DNA of 64,000 bases from Octopus vulgaris. Its lineage: Eukaryota. Position numbers and translations under genes: made by a program. Below the pieces are notes generated by a model that searched no databases, had not been told where the DNA came from, and worked only from the letters and a program-made list of their open reading frames with translations. Positions 16,628 through 29,633 of the stretch are shown here, one piece after another (positions within the stretch are counted from its first letter, which is position 1; each line of letters begins with the position of its first letter). Where the stretch lies: positions 52,452,001 through 52,516,000 of the forward strand of contig OX597818.1 of assembly GCA_951406725.2 (NCBI GenBank), given 5' to 3'.

Positions 16628-17041
16628 TCTATTTCTTTACTATCCACAAGGGCTAAACGCAGAGGGGACAAACAAGGACAGACAAACGGATTAAGTCGAT
16701 TGAATCGACCCCAGTGCGTAATTGGTACTTAATTTATCGACCCCGAAAGGATGAAAAGCAAAGTCGACCTCGGTGGAATTTGAACTCAGAACGTAACGGC
16801 AGACGAAATACCTATTTCTTTAAAACCCACAAGGGGCTAAACAGAGAGGACAAACAAGGACAGATAAACGGATTAAGTCGATTATATCGACCCCAGTACG
16901 TAACTGGTACTTGTTTAATCGACCCCGAAAGGATGAAAGGCAAAGTCGACCTCGGTGGAATTTGAACTCAGAACGTAGCGGCAGACGAAATACGGCTACG
17001 CACTTCGCCTGGCGTGCTAACGTTTGTGCAAGCTCGCCGCC
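16628..17041 (-). mobile_element. SINE group A dimer with head
   Basis: Head at 17041 plus two body units. Confidence 0.9.
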
Positions 17042-17239
17042 ATCATCTTGGAACATAAATCGTGTGCAGATTCCTAGTTGTCTTGCCAATATCCTGTAGT
17101 GCTTGGGTGTTCCACCAGATGATCCCTCCTCCATTGATAGCTGTGATAACATCTTTACTCTTTAGGTGGGATTTTGATATTTCCTTACGTATTCATTTTA
17201 AGGTAGTCGATAACGTTTTTATCTTTTTCCTTTAAATTG

Positions 17240-17447
17240 TTTTAGTTACGGGGCAGCGACCATGCTGGAGCACTACTTTGAAGAGTTTTAATAGACAAAT
17301 GGATCACAGTACTTATTTAGAAGTCTGGTATCTATTCTGCCGGTCTTTTTTGCTGAACCGCTAGCTTACAGGGACCTAAATAAACCAACATCGGTTGTCA
17401 AACGATGAAGAGGACACACACACACATTCACACACACACACACACAG

Positions 17448-17530
<83 letters not shown>

Positions 17531-17702
17531 AGATGGAAGCCCGCTTTGTCATTTCGAGCGTCCATCTTCCAAATTCACACACAAGGAATTGGTTGGTACA
17601 CAGTTATAACAGAAGACACTTGACTAAAGTGCCATGCAGTGGAATTGAACCCAAAGCCACGCGGTTGCAATGCGAAGTTTTTAACTACACTGTCATGCCT
17701 AC
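17240..17702 (-). mobile_element. SINE group B, diverged full-length copy
   Basis: Tail, (CA)n, core and head collinear with 62406-62831. Confidence 0.8.
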
Positions 17703-17737
17703 GCTTTCTCCAAATTAATATAGCACTTTTACATAAA

Positions 17738-18153
17738 GGTGTCGAGCTGGCAGAAACGTTAGCACGTCGGACGAAATACTTAGCGATATTTCGTCTGCCG
17801 TTACATTCTGAGTTCAAATTCCGCCGAGGTCGACTTTGCCTTTCATCCTTTCGGGGTCGATTAATAAGTACCAGTTACGCACTGGGATCGATGTAATCGA
17901 CTTAATCCGTTTGTCTCTCCTTGTTTGTCCTCTCTGTGTTTAGCCCCTTGTGGGTAATAAAGAAATAGGTATTTCATCTGCCGTTACGTTCTGAGTTCAA
18001 ATTCCGCCTAGGTGGACTTTGCCTTTCATCCTTTCGGGGTCGATTAAATAAGTACCAGTTACGCACTGGGGTCGATGTAATCGACTTAATCCGTTTGTCC
18101 GTCCGTGTTTGTCCCCTCTATGTCTAGTCCTCTGTGGGCAATAAAGACATAAA
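17738..18153 (+). mobile_element. SINE group A dimer with head
   Basis: GGTGTCGAGCTGGCAGAAACGTTAGC head, B-box-like GAGTTCAAATTCC, two body units. Confidence 0.9.
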
Positions 18154-18304
18154 TATTCTACTTTTACCTTCTATAAGACGCGGCTCATAGAGATAAGAAT
18201 GGCTAAAAATAACGGTTTCAAGTTTTGACACAGGGCCAGCAGTCTTTTGAGGGGAGGGAGAAGTCGATTACATGGACTCCAATATTTGACTGGTACTTGT
18301 TTTA

Positions 18305-18620
18305 TCAGCCTCTCTTGATATATTCGTCTCTTTATCTTTACTTCTCCAAGCTTCTCGTTGATTAACATGAGCTCTGTGTCACAGTGGTCTATACTATTTC
18401 TCAGGAATGATTTGAAGTTAACGGCTATTTTGAATATACTCAAGTATCCAGGAATGCCGCACCATATCAAATGCTCTTTTATAATCAAGGTGATTCTGTC
18501 CCTTTTTCGTTCTCAATTTTGGGGTATTGTTTTGTCCAAGATGTGTTTTTCTTTGGCCCCTTTCCTTTTCTGCTTTGGTTTTTGGCAAAATTTCTTTCTT
18601 CCAACAAAAGTTTGTTGGTA
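18305..18620 (-). mobile_element. Decayed R4/Dong-type RT fragment next to (TAA)n
   Basis: LGEVKIKRRIYQ resembles the segment preceding RT motif QGDSLSP in Dong-type elements. Confidence 0.5.
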
Positions 18621-19045
18621 TGAATAATAATAATCAATAGTATTAATATGCCAATTTGTTTTTTTTTGTACGTATCTGACGTGTGTGTCACGCTTAAGAG
18701 AAAGAAATTGTTGAAAGAAATTTTGTTGCTTAAATAAAAAGTTCTAACTAGATCTTTTGTAATTTCTGGAAGAGATTTGAAACCACCACCTATATGTTGT
18801 ATTATTACTTCTCGATACCCATGCCTACTGGTCCACCGAAGTAGCACGAATATTAATTTTAAGATACTTAAATTTGACGCGTGTGTCGAGCAAGAGTGAG
18901 AGGAAGTGGGAAAGACAAGAAAGAGAGAGAGAGAGGTGGCTGAATTCTTTTGAATTTCTTTCTACGACTGAAATGAAACTGACCCCTGGCTATTAAAGGC
19001 CCAACCATAGATACACACATACACACACACAACACACACACACAC

Positions 19046-19096
<51 letters not shown>

Positions 19097-19390
19097 AATT
19101 TGTTTTAGGTCTTCTACCCATTTGAATTCGGCCATACACCAGATAACATGTTAAGTCATATGTTGCGAAATTTAAATTTTGAATTTGTTTTAATTATAAA
19201 ATTACACCTCAGCTAAAAAACATCTTTTGTCTGGTACTGCATCAGGGCATGGTATCTCATCAGGGCATGGTACCTCATCAGGGCATGGTACCTCATCAGG
19301 GCATTTATTATTATTATTATTATTAGGATATGGTACTGCATCAGGGCATTCATCATCATCATCATCATCATCATTATTATTATTATTATT

Positions 19391-19944
19391 GAGTGAGAGA
19401 GCAGTTCATGCCATCAAAGTGGCACTGGGGTAAAATATACGAAGCCCAATATACCCATCATGACTGCTCGTCTGATAAGGGTACACCAGGCACATGCATC
19501 ACAACCATATGTGCGCGACATGATGATCTCATATCAAGATAAACAGCACATGACCTTGCAGGTGGGGCCCAGTTAGAATTTTCTTCAGGTTGAGTAGCCC
19601 ATCCCGCTCAAAAAATCCCTGAATAAGAGTTGTTTAAGGATGTTGAAAGAACCACCCATGTTTCCAGAGGTGAATTATTCAAACCCCAAAGAATCCCTCT
19701 CAACACATGGCTATGATGCTCCCCTACTACTTCTGCTCGTGATCAGAGATGCAGATATCGTTAGCCACTAAGGGACATGGTCAACTGGTTAAGGTCAAAC
19801 AACTGACAAGCAAATCTGTGGTATTGAGCAGAATATTTGCTGTAGCCCATCTTTTATACCAAGACAAAACAATGTACATGATAACACTTCCAATCAGTTA
19901 AGATCAGAAGCCACGAGAGCCACTGCCTGGTACTGCATCAGGGC

Positions 19945-19946
<2 letters not shown>
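19391..19946. mobile_element. ~555-bp non-coding interspersed element embedded in (TTA)n
   Basis: Flanked by (TTA)n on both sides; terminal CTGGTACTGCATCAGGGCAT recurs as stubs at 19230-19349; orientation unresolved. Confidence 0.6.
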
Positions 19947-20020
<74 letters not shown>

Positions 20021-21225
20021 GTTATTATTATTGTTATTATTATTATTTCAAGAATATTTTTATTTGCTGATATCGTTGAGATGTGATAAAATTTTACTTC
20101 GTGTAACTGGAGAAATTATTTTGCATTTGGATATTCTTTCAAACAGGGGTCATTATTTAACACTTTAGAATGCCCACAGGGGTTGGACTACAGGGTCTGT
20201 TTTTGTAAATCATCCCCGTTTTATTTTACTAACCTTTAAGGTCAAAATATCTTCTTGTTTTTCGAGAACTGATTCAAAATACATTACACTGAACAAAGCA
20301 AAACAGCTACTAAACATAAAAAGGGAAGAAGAAATGGTAATGAATACACATAAAAACAAATGGTAGACAGTAAGGAAAAGAAATAATGACATTTCAACAA
20401 AAAAGGGATAGTATAACAGACAACACGTTTGACAAAAATGACAATAGCGATGGTAGTACACGTGCACGTACTTCGAGAAATGTAAGTCTAGAGGAAGAAT
20501 AATAAGAGCCATCGCTTGCAAGTGTTCCTTCCAAGAAGAAAAGTGCTCGATACGGAGCATTTTGCTGAAGAAATTAAAGCACGCAAACACTTTATTTACT
20601 TGGTGGGCGCTGGTCTTCCGCAGTCTATCAGTTGTGTGAGAGGAAGAAAGTATTTTTCGTGAGCCTTGCCAATGCCGCGTGGAATATCCTTGTCTATCCA
20701 AGGAAGATTGATAGACAACATCGGAAGACACTTTAAAGGAAATCTTTATTGAGAAAGGAAGAATGAATCGCACAATATACGAAATTTTCAAAAACAGAAG
20801 GTGCGGCAAAAGTACGAGTCAAAATTGTTCGAAAAACTCTGGTCCGGAATGAAACAAGAGATCATAGTAAGAGGTATTGGTGAGCATGTCTTCCCCTACA
20901 ACATGAAAATGAATAAGAATTTCAATGGTATCACTGTGCAGAGTGGTACAGTTTTAGGGGTACAGTCTCACCAAGCCGCAACAACTAATAAGAATATCGA
21001 ATAAGTCTTGCATGGGATATCTTAACGTTAATATGAGATATCTTAAGGTTAATATGGAGACAATTTAGAAGTCTCATACCAGCATTAGAATTAGTCCCAC
21101 CTTTAAAAACTAAGACATTGTTATTTGTAAGGCTATGGTTGGAAGCGGATGAACCCGAAAATATTGAACTTCTATTATACTGTAGATGTTTGTCTAATGC
21201 ACACATTAGATCATTCACTTTATAT

Positions 21226-21455
21226 ATTTCTTTACTACCCGCAAGGGGCTAAACACAGAGGGGACAAACAAGGACAGACAAACGGATTAAGTCGATTAGA
21301 TCGGCCCCAGTGCGTAACTGGTACTTAATTTATCGATCCCGAAAGGATGAAAGGCAAAGTCGACCTCGGCGGAATTTGAACTCACAACGTAACGGCAGAC
21401 GAAATACGGCTACGCATTTCTCCCGGCGTGCTAACGTTTCTGCCAGCTCGCCGCC
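21226..21455 (-). mobile_element. SINE group A monomer, full length
   Basis: Head plus one body unit; flanked by TTTATATATT repeats. Confidence 0.9.
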
Positions 21456-21909
21456 CTTTATATATTCACTTTATATTTCAAGGTTACTTCAACCGTTAAC
21501 TTATCTTGTCTTCTTTTACACATGTAATCGATGTAAATGAGTTGTATATTATAATAGTCTTGAAGGAGAGCAAAACTAAGTCAAATCGTTGTATATTATT
21601 GATAAATACATTTCTAAACTCTTCGTCGGAATGCATAGTTTTGGCTTCGTTCAACTATTAATTTCCTTCTTGACCATTTACTAAAAGATTTATCGTCTGC
21701 CTCACATGTTTAAATTTTCGCTGACAACATTGTTAACAACAAGCAAGTACATATCATTCATACATTTACCACCTGCTTTGCGCTGAGGCAATAACCTACG
21801 ATGAATCAGCTCTCCTTGTGCAGGTTTTACTGCATAGATACTGCCAATAGCAGAATCTTTGAAGTATTCATAACATTGTCTAACTATTCTCTGCAAAGAT
21901 TTGGATATA

Positions 21910-22190
21910 TTGGGTTGTCAGATAAATTCGTTCGTTCTTTTTCTTTCCGTTTATTTTAATCTTTTATTTTTCATCAGCGATATTAACAAATCAATCGATA
22001 ATATATTCTTTCATTGTTCGCAACTTCTTACCAATGTCATTGTTCGCAACTTCTTGCCAATGTAATGACAATAATCACCCGGTAATCAAAGAGCCTTGAT
22101 ACGAAGAATTCATCAAGCCATGTTTTCACCTCTGCGTTGTTGTTGAATGAAACATCACAGACTTGGAGAGCGTTGTCGTGTTGGAAAAGC
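21910..22190 (-). mobile_element. mariner-family transposon remnant (3' TIR plus transposase C-terminus)
   Basis: TA/TTGGGTTGTCAGATAA terminus; SFNNNAEVKTWLDEFFVS...HWQEVANNE mariner-like C-terminus. Confidence 0.7.
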
Positions 22191-22272
22191 ATGCCGTGTC
22201 GCTGGTCTGATCGTTTGGACCTTAACCACCAAGTGAAGGTGACTGGTGACGGTATCATGACAGCATGATTTA

Positions 22273-22764
22273 AGGCGGCAAGCTGGCAGAAGCGTTAGCA
22301 CGCCGGGCGAAATGCGTAGCCGTATTTCGTATGCCGTTACGTTCTGAGTTCAAATTCCGCCGAGGTCGACTTTACGTTTCAGTCATTTGACTGTGGCCAT
22401 GCTGGAGCACGGCATTTAGTCAAGCAAATCTACCCCAGGACTTCTTCTTTGTAAGCCTAGTACTTGTTCTATAGGTCTCTTTTGCCGAACCGCTAAGTTA
22501 CGGGGACGTAAACACACGAGCATCGGTTGTCAAGCGATGTTGGGGGGACAAACACAAACACACAAGCACACACACACACATATATACATATACATATATA
22601 CGATGGGCTTCTTTCAGTTTCCATCTACCAAATCCACTCACAAGGCTTTGGTCGGCCCGAGGCTATAGCAGAAGACACTTGCCCAAAGTGCCACGCAGTG
22701 GGACTGAACCCGGAGCCATGTGGCTGGTAAGCAAGCTACTTACCACACAGCCACTCCTACGCCT
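22273..22764. mobile_element. SINE A head (+, 22273-22375) abutting SINE B (-, 22376-22764)
   Basis: Abrupt switch at GTCGACTTTAC/GTTTCAGTCATTTG. Confidence 0.85.
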
Positions 22765-23123
22765 GTGTATAATAATTTTCAGTGTAGACATCAGATAAAT
22801 AATAAAGTGATTGTGGTCTATGCATCAGAAATTGAGGCCCTTATGAAAATTTCTAAGATTTTTCTTCAGAATCACCTACTGAGATGTTAGAAGGAAGCAC
22901 TACTCATTGCACACGATGAAACGTAGCTCACACTGAAAAGTATCCGTGTGGATGATGAAAATAAGGGCTGCCAAAAGAACTCAATATGTCACACATCGTA
23001 GAAGAATTTGTCCCTTAAAAAGTTTCATGCTGAACAAGTTTGAATTCGCTGTACTTGAGCTTCTCCACAGATATTTTGATGATGTTCTGCAAAATAGCAG
23101 TAACAGATAGGAACGTAAATATT

Positions 23124-23712
23124 TATTTCTTTATTGCTCACAGGGTGCTTAACATAGAGGGGACAAACAAAAGGATTACGTCGATTACATCGACCCCGGG
23201 GCGTAACTGATACTTATTTAATCGACCCCGAAAGGATGAAAGGTAAAGTCAACCTCGGCGGAATTTGAACTTAGAACGTAAGGACAGACGAATTACCTAT
23301 TTCTTTACTGCCCACAGGGGGCTACACATAGAGGGGACAAACAAGGACAGACAAACGGATTAAGTCGATTAGATCAATCCCAGTGCGTAACTGGTATTTA
23401 TTTAATCGACCCCGAAAGGATGAAAGGCAAAGTCGACCTCGGCGGAATTTGAACTCAGAACGTAGCGGCGGACGAAATACCTATTTCTTTACTGCCTACA
23501 GGGGGCTAAACACAGACAGGACAAACAAGGACAGACAAACGGATTAAGTCGATTATATCGACCCCAGTACGTAACTGGTACTTATTTAATCGACCCCGAA
23601 AGGATGAAAGGCAAAGTCGACCTCGGCGGAATTTGAACTCAGAACGTAGCGGCAGACGAAATACCGCTAAGCACTTCGCCCGGCATGCTAACGTTTCTGC
23701 CAGCTCGCCGAC
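23124..23712 (-). mobile_element. SINE group A trimer with head
   Basis: Three ~182-bp body units; TSD GAACGTAAATATT at 23111-23123 and 23720-23732. Confidence 0.92.
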
Positions 23713-24104
23713 GAGATGAGAACGTAAATATTCTTCACGAAGGTGTTGGTCGGCTACAGATTTGGTACAATTTGCAGATTAATATTAAAAAAATATCAGG
23801 GTACTGAAAAGACAAGCAACCAAATTTTATAAATCATACATGGTTAGGATGAATTTTCTACAAGATCAAAAATCTTGAATAGAATTCGTGTACGTTAACC
23901 TGTACACTGGATTTCTTCTATAAAGAATGCTATAATTGTAAAACATTTGTGCAGACACAATCAATAAGCCAATTTCGAGCCAAGGCCTGCCAACTTATAC
24001 TGGCTGAAAAAGAAAAAGGCAAACTGAGTAAGCTAGAAAAAATTGCAAACAAAAACGTTTTTCAAACACATTTGAATGAGTTCGAAAGGATTTGACAGGA
24101 AAAA

Positions 24105-24521
24105 GGCGGCGAGCTGGCAGAATCGTTAGCGCGCCGGGCGAAATGCTTAGCGGTATTTCGTCTGCCGTTACGTTCTGAGTTCAAATTCCGCCGAGGTCTG
24201 CTTTGCCTTTCATCCTTTCAAGGTCGATTAAATAAGTACCAGTTACGCAATGGGGTCGATTTAATCGACTTAATCCGTTTGTCTGTCCTTCTTTGTCCTC
24301 TCTGTGTTTAGCCCCTTGTGGGTAGAAAAAGAAATAGGTATTTCGTCTGTGGTTACGTTCTGAGTTCAAATTCCGCCGAGGTCGACTTTGCCTTTCATCC
24401 TTTCGGGGTCGATAAATTAAGTACCAGTTAAGCACTGGGGTTGATGTAATCGACTTAATCCCTTTGTCTGTCCTTGTTTGTCCTCTCTGTGTTTAGCCCC
24501 TTGTGGGCAGTAAACAAATAG
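24105..24521 (+). mobile_element. SINE group A dimer with head
   Basis: Head plus two body units. Confidence 0.9.
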
Positions 24522-24838
24522 GAAAGGAAAAACTGTGTTGAAGTACAAGAGCCTTTCGGTTGTAAGATTTTTGTACTTTTCCTTCTAAGATTAATGACAT
24601 TTCATACAGGTAAATGTTTTCTTTAGTTGATTTTTATGTTTAAACTTTAACCAGAGATTACATTGCATAAATGTCTTGCATTACTTAGCTCTGTCCTTTT
24701 ACATTTTCCTTCAGATCAATTCATGTTAAAGTTAATATCCATAAACATTTATGTTAGAATACACATATTTATCTAGGATAGTGGTTACAGGGCCACTGCG
24801 GCCGCTCTATATAGGTGATTGCTAATGTATTCTGCAAA

Positions 24839-25223
24839 TCTCTCTCTATATAAAGTTGAAGTTGTCTGTGTATGGCAGGTTTGGTAGCCTTCAACTAACA
24901 CTTATCTCCTCCGAGACCCTGCGGCGCAAGTTGACCAAAATTGAGAGTATGATAGAAGAAGGCTTGCTCTTCCTTCCGTAGAAGAAAAAATTCAAATCGA
25001 ACCATGTTAACACCAAAAATTATTTACATAAAAAAGGTGCTTTTTTCCCATGAAAATCCCTATTTTTTACGATGTTTTTACTGCTGTGTCGCCATTTTTC
25101 GGTGTATTTCAACCAGAAAAATGTTCACTTAAAGAGAATAACAAGCTACATAATGCAAAATTTTTACTTTTCAAAAATTCCAATTCTAAAGGGTCGAAAC
25201 AAACCCGAGCAACGCTGGGCTAG
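24839..25223 (+). mobile_element. Non-autonomous Helitron
   Basis: A/TCTCTCTCTATATAAAG start; CCCGAGCAACGCTGGGCTAG/T end; related copies at 36808-37345. Confidence 0.8.
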
Positions 25224-25524
25224 TAATACTTAAAAGTCTGTATGCAAGACTTAGCAAACCTAATTCTTTTATTCATTTATTCTTCTATTTGTTTCAGTCA
25301 TTTGACTGCTACCATGCTGGAGCACCGCCTCTAAGTAAGCATTTTCTTTTGATTTTCTAAGCTTGTGACTATTCAACTTATCTTTTATTCCCATACTTAT
25401 TTCCTTTCTTTCAGAATATGTCTCCTTCTGCTACTTCTTATCATAAGTGCCTGAACACCACTGATTCCTCTTGCTGTATCCGTGGCTGGTTCATCATTCC
25501 CAAATAAAAAGCAAACATCGACGC

Positions 25525-25917
25525 ATATGTGAAGCCAAGCTATTTGTGAAGCCAAGCTATTTGTGAAGCCAAGCTATTTTTGAAGCCAAGCTATTTGTGA
25601 AGCCAAGCTATTTTTGAAGCCAAGCTATTTGTGAAGCCAAGCTATTTTTGAAGCCAAGCTATTTGTGAAGCCAAGCTATTTGTGAAGCCAAGCTATTTGT
25701 GAAGCCAAGCTATTTGTGAAGCCAAGCTATTTTTGAAGCCAAGCTATTTGTGAAGCCAAGCTATTTTTGAAGCCAAGCTATTTGTGAAGCCAAGCTATTT
25801 TTGAAGCCAAGCTATTTGTGAAGCCAAGCTATTTGTGAAGCCAAACTATTTGTGAAGCCAAGGTATTTGTGAAGCCAGGCTATTTGTGAAGCCAAGCTAT
25901 TTGCGAAGCCAAACTAC
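25525..25917. repeat. 17-bp minisatellite ATTT(G/T)TGAAGCCAAGCT, ~23 units
   Basis: Head-to-tail units with no spacers. Confidence 0.97.
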
Positions 25918-26094
25918 TTTCGAAGTAACCGTAGGTTTGTATATTGCCATAGCATGCAGGGTTTACAGGAAGAATTGGGAATTCTTATCAGCAACTCAAA
26001 TGAATAGCGTCTGCTTATCGATAACTCACAGCAGAGTTTAAAGCGGGACCTCTACAATGGCAATTTATATGGTGAAATCCCAATTGGGTATTTA

Positions 26095-26424
26095 GTTTGA
26101 GAGCTCAAAATCTCTCGTGGAAGCGTCATCCAACCAAAGTACAAACATATAGGAAATTACCACCTGTATCATCTCTTGTGAAAGGTAGAAGAGTCCAGTT
26201 TGTTCGACATTGTTGTAGAGATGAAAACGAGGTAATTTCTACTCTTCTCCTCTGGAAGACATCTGCTCGCGATACCAGAGGGTGCACACTCTCCAGCCCT
26301 GATGTAATCTCCAGGGATACAGGCATCCAGCAACAGGACCTCTGTGATGCTATGATGCACCGTGAAGTCTGGCGTAACATAGTAAATCCCATTGTCTCGA
26401 CCGCGGTCGAACAATGGTGATGAT
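26095..26424 (+). mobile_element. RTE-group LINE 3' fragment with (TGA)n tail
   Basis: RAQNLSWKRHPT...RRVQF..HC...REVWR; same family as 53989-54415. Confidence 0.8.
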
Positions 26425-26676
26425 TTAGTTTGTCTTTGTTGTGATATTGCAACAACCCAATGACTCTCTTTATGTCTCCATATATTTCATAAACACAATT
26501 AGGTCATCTGTGTTGACCTTAAAATGGTATGCTTCTTTCTTGGTCAGTAACAGGAATATACTAAATATCCATGCATTCTGTGGGACAGCAGAGCTCGAGA
26601 GAGGCATTGGGCGGAGAGGAATTAACGTCTTAGATCTAACCTCGAACCTGGTGATCCCAACATTCTAGATGAGCTA

Positions 26677-27093
26677 CTTACTCTTTTACTTGTTTCAGTC
26701 ATTTGACTGTAGCCATGCTGGAGCACCGCCTTTACTTGAGCAAATCGACCCCAGGACTTATTCTTTGTAAGCTTAGTACTTATGCTATCGGTCTCTTTTG
26801 CCGAACTGCTAAATTTCGGGGACGTAAACACACCAGCATCGGCCGTCAAGCGATGTTGAGGGAACAAACACAGACACACAAACATACATACACACATACA
26901 TACATATATATATACATATACATATATACGACGGGCTTCTTTCAGTTTCCGTCTACTAAATCTACTCACAAGGCTTTGGTCGGCCCGAGGCTATAGAAGA
27001 AGACACTTGCCCAAGGTACCACGCAGTGAGACTGAACCCGGAACCATGTGGTTCGTAAGCAAGCTACTTACCGCACAGCCACTCCCACTCCTG
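26677..27093 (-). mobile_element. SINE group B, full length
   Basis: tRNA-like head (TGGCTGTGCGGT..GGTTCAGTCTC), core, microsatellite and tail. Confidence 0.92.
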
Positions 27094-27226
27094 TTGACCT
27101 AAAGGAAATTATATTCCCATCTCTGCACATGAAGGCCATGGAGGAATAGTATCAGGGTAGACGAGATGTAAATATGATGGTTGATTATTGCCGGAGCATA
27201 AAGTGAAATTGTTCAGATTGAACACT

Positions 27227-27303
<77 letters not shown>

Positions 27304-27439
27304 TGCACGTAAATTTTTACCTTAATTACTTGCACACAATTTGATTCACAGTAACAATATCCTTTGTATGAACAAAATAGATTTGTACAAACATTACAGC
27401 CAAGCAATGATTGTTTTTATTTTCCATTGCATGCACATT

Positions 27440-27604
27440 AGGCGCTGGAGTGGCTGTGTGGTAAGTAGCTTGCTTACGAACCATATGGTTCCAGGTTCAG
27501 TCCCACTGTGTGGCACTTTGGGCCAGTTTTTTCTACTATAGCTTCCGGCCGACCAATGCCTTGTGAGTGGATTTGGTAGATCGAAACTGAAAGAAGCCCG
27601 TCTT

Positions 27605-27662
<58 letters not shown>

Positions 27663-27900
27663 ATATATATGTATGTGTGTGTGTATATGTTTGCGTGTCT
27701 GTGTTTGTCCCCCCAACATCGCTTGACAACCGATGCTGGTCTCTTTACGTCCCCGTAACTTAGCGGTTCGGCAAAAGAGACCGATAGAATAAGTACTAGG
27801 CTTACAAAGAATAAGTCCTGGGGTCGATTAGCTCGACTAAAGGCGGTGCTCCAGCATGGCCACAGTCACATGACTGAAACAAGTAAAAGAGAGTAAAGAG
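27440..27900 (+). mobile_element. SINE group B, full length
   Basis: AGGCGCTGGAGTGGCTGTGTGGTAAG head to GAAACAAGTAAAAGA tail. Confidence 0.92.
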
Positions 27901-28493
27901 TATTTGCAAAACGTTCAATAAAATAAACACAAATCTATTAGGTCCGATATTTTTATGGTTTGGGGGACAAAACGTGGGTATCCTGTAACTCGAAAAATTG
28001 AGTAGGGTCATTTTTGGATTCAGAGGCCAAAATTTAGTCAAAAAGGAGTGTTAGATCAACCTCAACAAAGATTGTGTTCCTGAGTGTGATATATTACTGT
28101 AAGAGCGGTAAATGGCGGTAAATGGAAGAATCAGACGATTGCGTTGTCGTGTTGAGTTACGTGCCTTGACATTCAAAGTTCGACTTAGCTTTCATTCACG
28201 TAGTATTGATAAAAGTAATAAAATGGAACACATAGAATTAAAATATTTTACTCCAGGCAATACTGGCGGAAAGTGGGTTGACGACAAACTTTCTTTATGA
28301 CATTGCACTGAGGTTACAAATCGTTGTCATAGTAAAACTGTATTATATATTTGTATTGTGGTTGTTATAATTGACCTTGATCCGGCAAGCCTATGAATAA
28401 AGATAGATAAATAGATAGAGATAGATAGATAGGCAGACAGATTGATAGATATATAGATTGATAGATAGATAGATAGATACATACATACACAAA

Positions 28494-28556
<63 letters not shown>

Positions 28557-28784
28557 GAATAAATAGACAGGCAGAAAGACATATAGACAAATAGATATAT
28601 ACATACGTACATATATAGACAGACAGACAGAGAGGCAGGTAGACAGACAGATAAATAGATAGATAGATACATACATATTTAAACAGACAAATAGACAGAA
28701 AGACAGACAGACAAATAGTTATATACTTACATACGTATATAAACAATCAGACAGAAAGGCAGGTAGACAGAGAGACAGACAGAC

Positions 28785-28854
<70 letters not shown>

Positions 28855-29121
28855 GTAGATAGACAGATACATACATAGATGTTAGAAATAAGCAAATATT
28901 TATCAATCTCAACTACAGCTACGTAGTTCTCTTTTCCTTTTGGTGTCTCAGAAATTTATAGCCAGAACCATCATAATTAGAAGGAATTCCACATTTATTT
29001 ATTTATTTATTTATATATTTATTTATGTTTGTTTATTTATTCTAATGTTTAGCTCGCACTTTTAGCTCAATTCTGATTGGATATTCTTTGCAAAGGGGAC
29101 AATATTTTTGCTGGATATATA

Positions 29122-29633
29122 CCGTAAGTCTTCGAGTATAGTCCGCCCTTGAGTATAATACGCAGGAGATTTTTACGGGGCTGTACCTCTGAAAAACCTA
29201 AACCTTCTGTATAATACGCACCCATTCTCTAACTTGAGTCAAGGAGGTCTATATAACGTCCTTGGTTTGTAAAACTGTATACGGTAACGTCCTTTATTAT
29301 TATTGTATATATAACATAATGCAAACGTGTAGCTTTTTTGTGCATTTTGTTTGCAGAAAATAAAGAAATAACAGTAATAACGTTTAATAAATGTTGCTTT
29401 CTGCAAGTTATGGATGATTCTTTTATGACTTCATTGCTTTCAGGCTTAGCTTAAGGTATTTTCGCGCCCGACATCACAAAATGCATCTGAATAAACATTG
29501 CCGGACAGCAAATAGAGACTCGGACATTGCTTAGAAAATAATTTTCATTTTTAACCTCGTGTATAATACGCACTAGGGATTTTGACCTTTAAATTTTGGG
29601 AAAAAATTGCAGATTATACTCGAGGATTTACGG
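29122..29633. mobile_element. pogo/Tigger-type MITE
   Basis: Imperfect TIRs CCGTAAGTCTTCGAGTATAGTC / GATTATACTCGAGGATTTACGG; TA on both sides. Confidence 0.85.

Noticed and set aside
19250-19302. Three CTGATGA words on the minus strand
   Set aside because: No following stem II/GAAA; they are variants of the element-terminal stub
20210-21004. 199-aa minus-strand ORF and adjacent short ORFs
   Set aside because: Composition reflects an A-rich opposite strand; probably a decayed retroelement, no identifiable domain
25525-25917. CRISPR-like regular repeat
   Set aside because: No spacers between units, no cas genes, eukaryotic context
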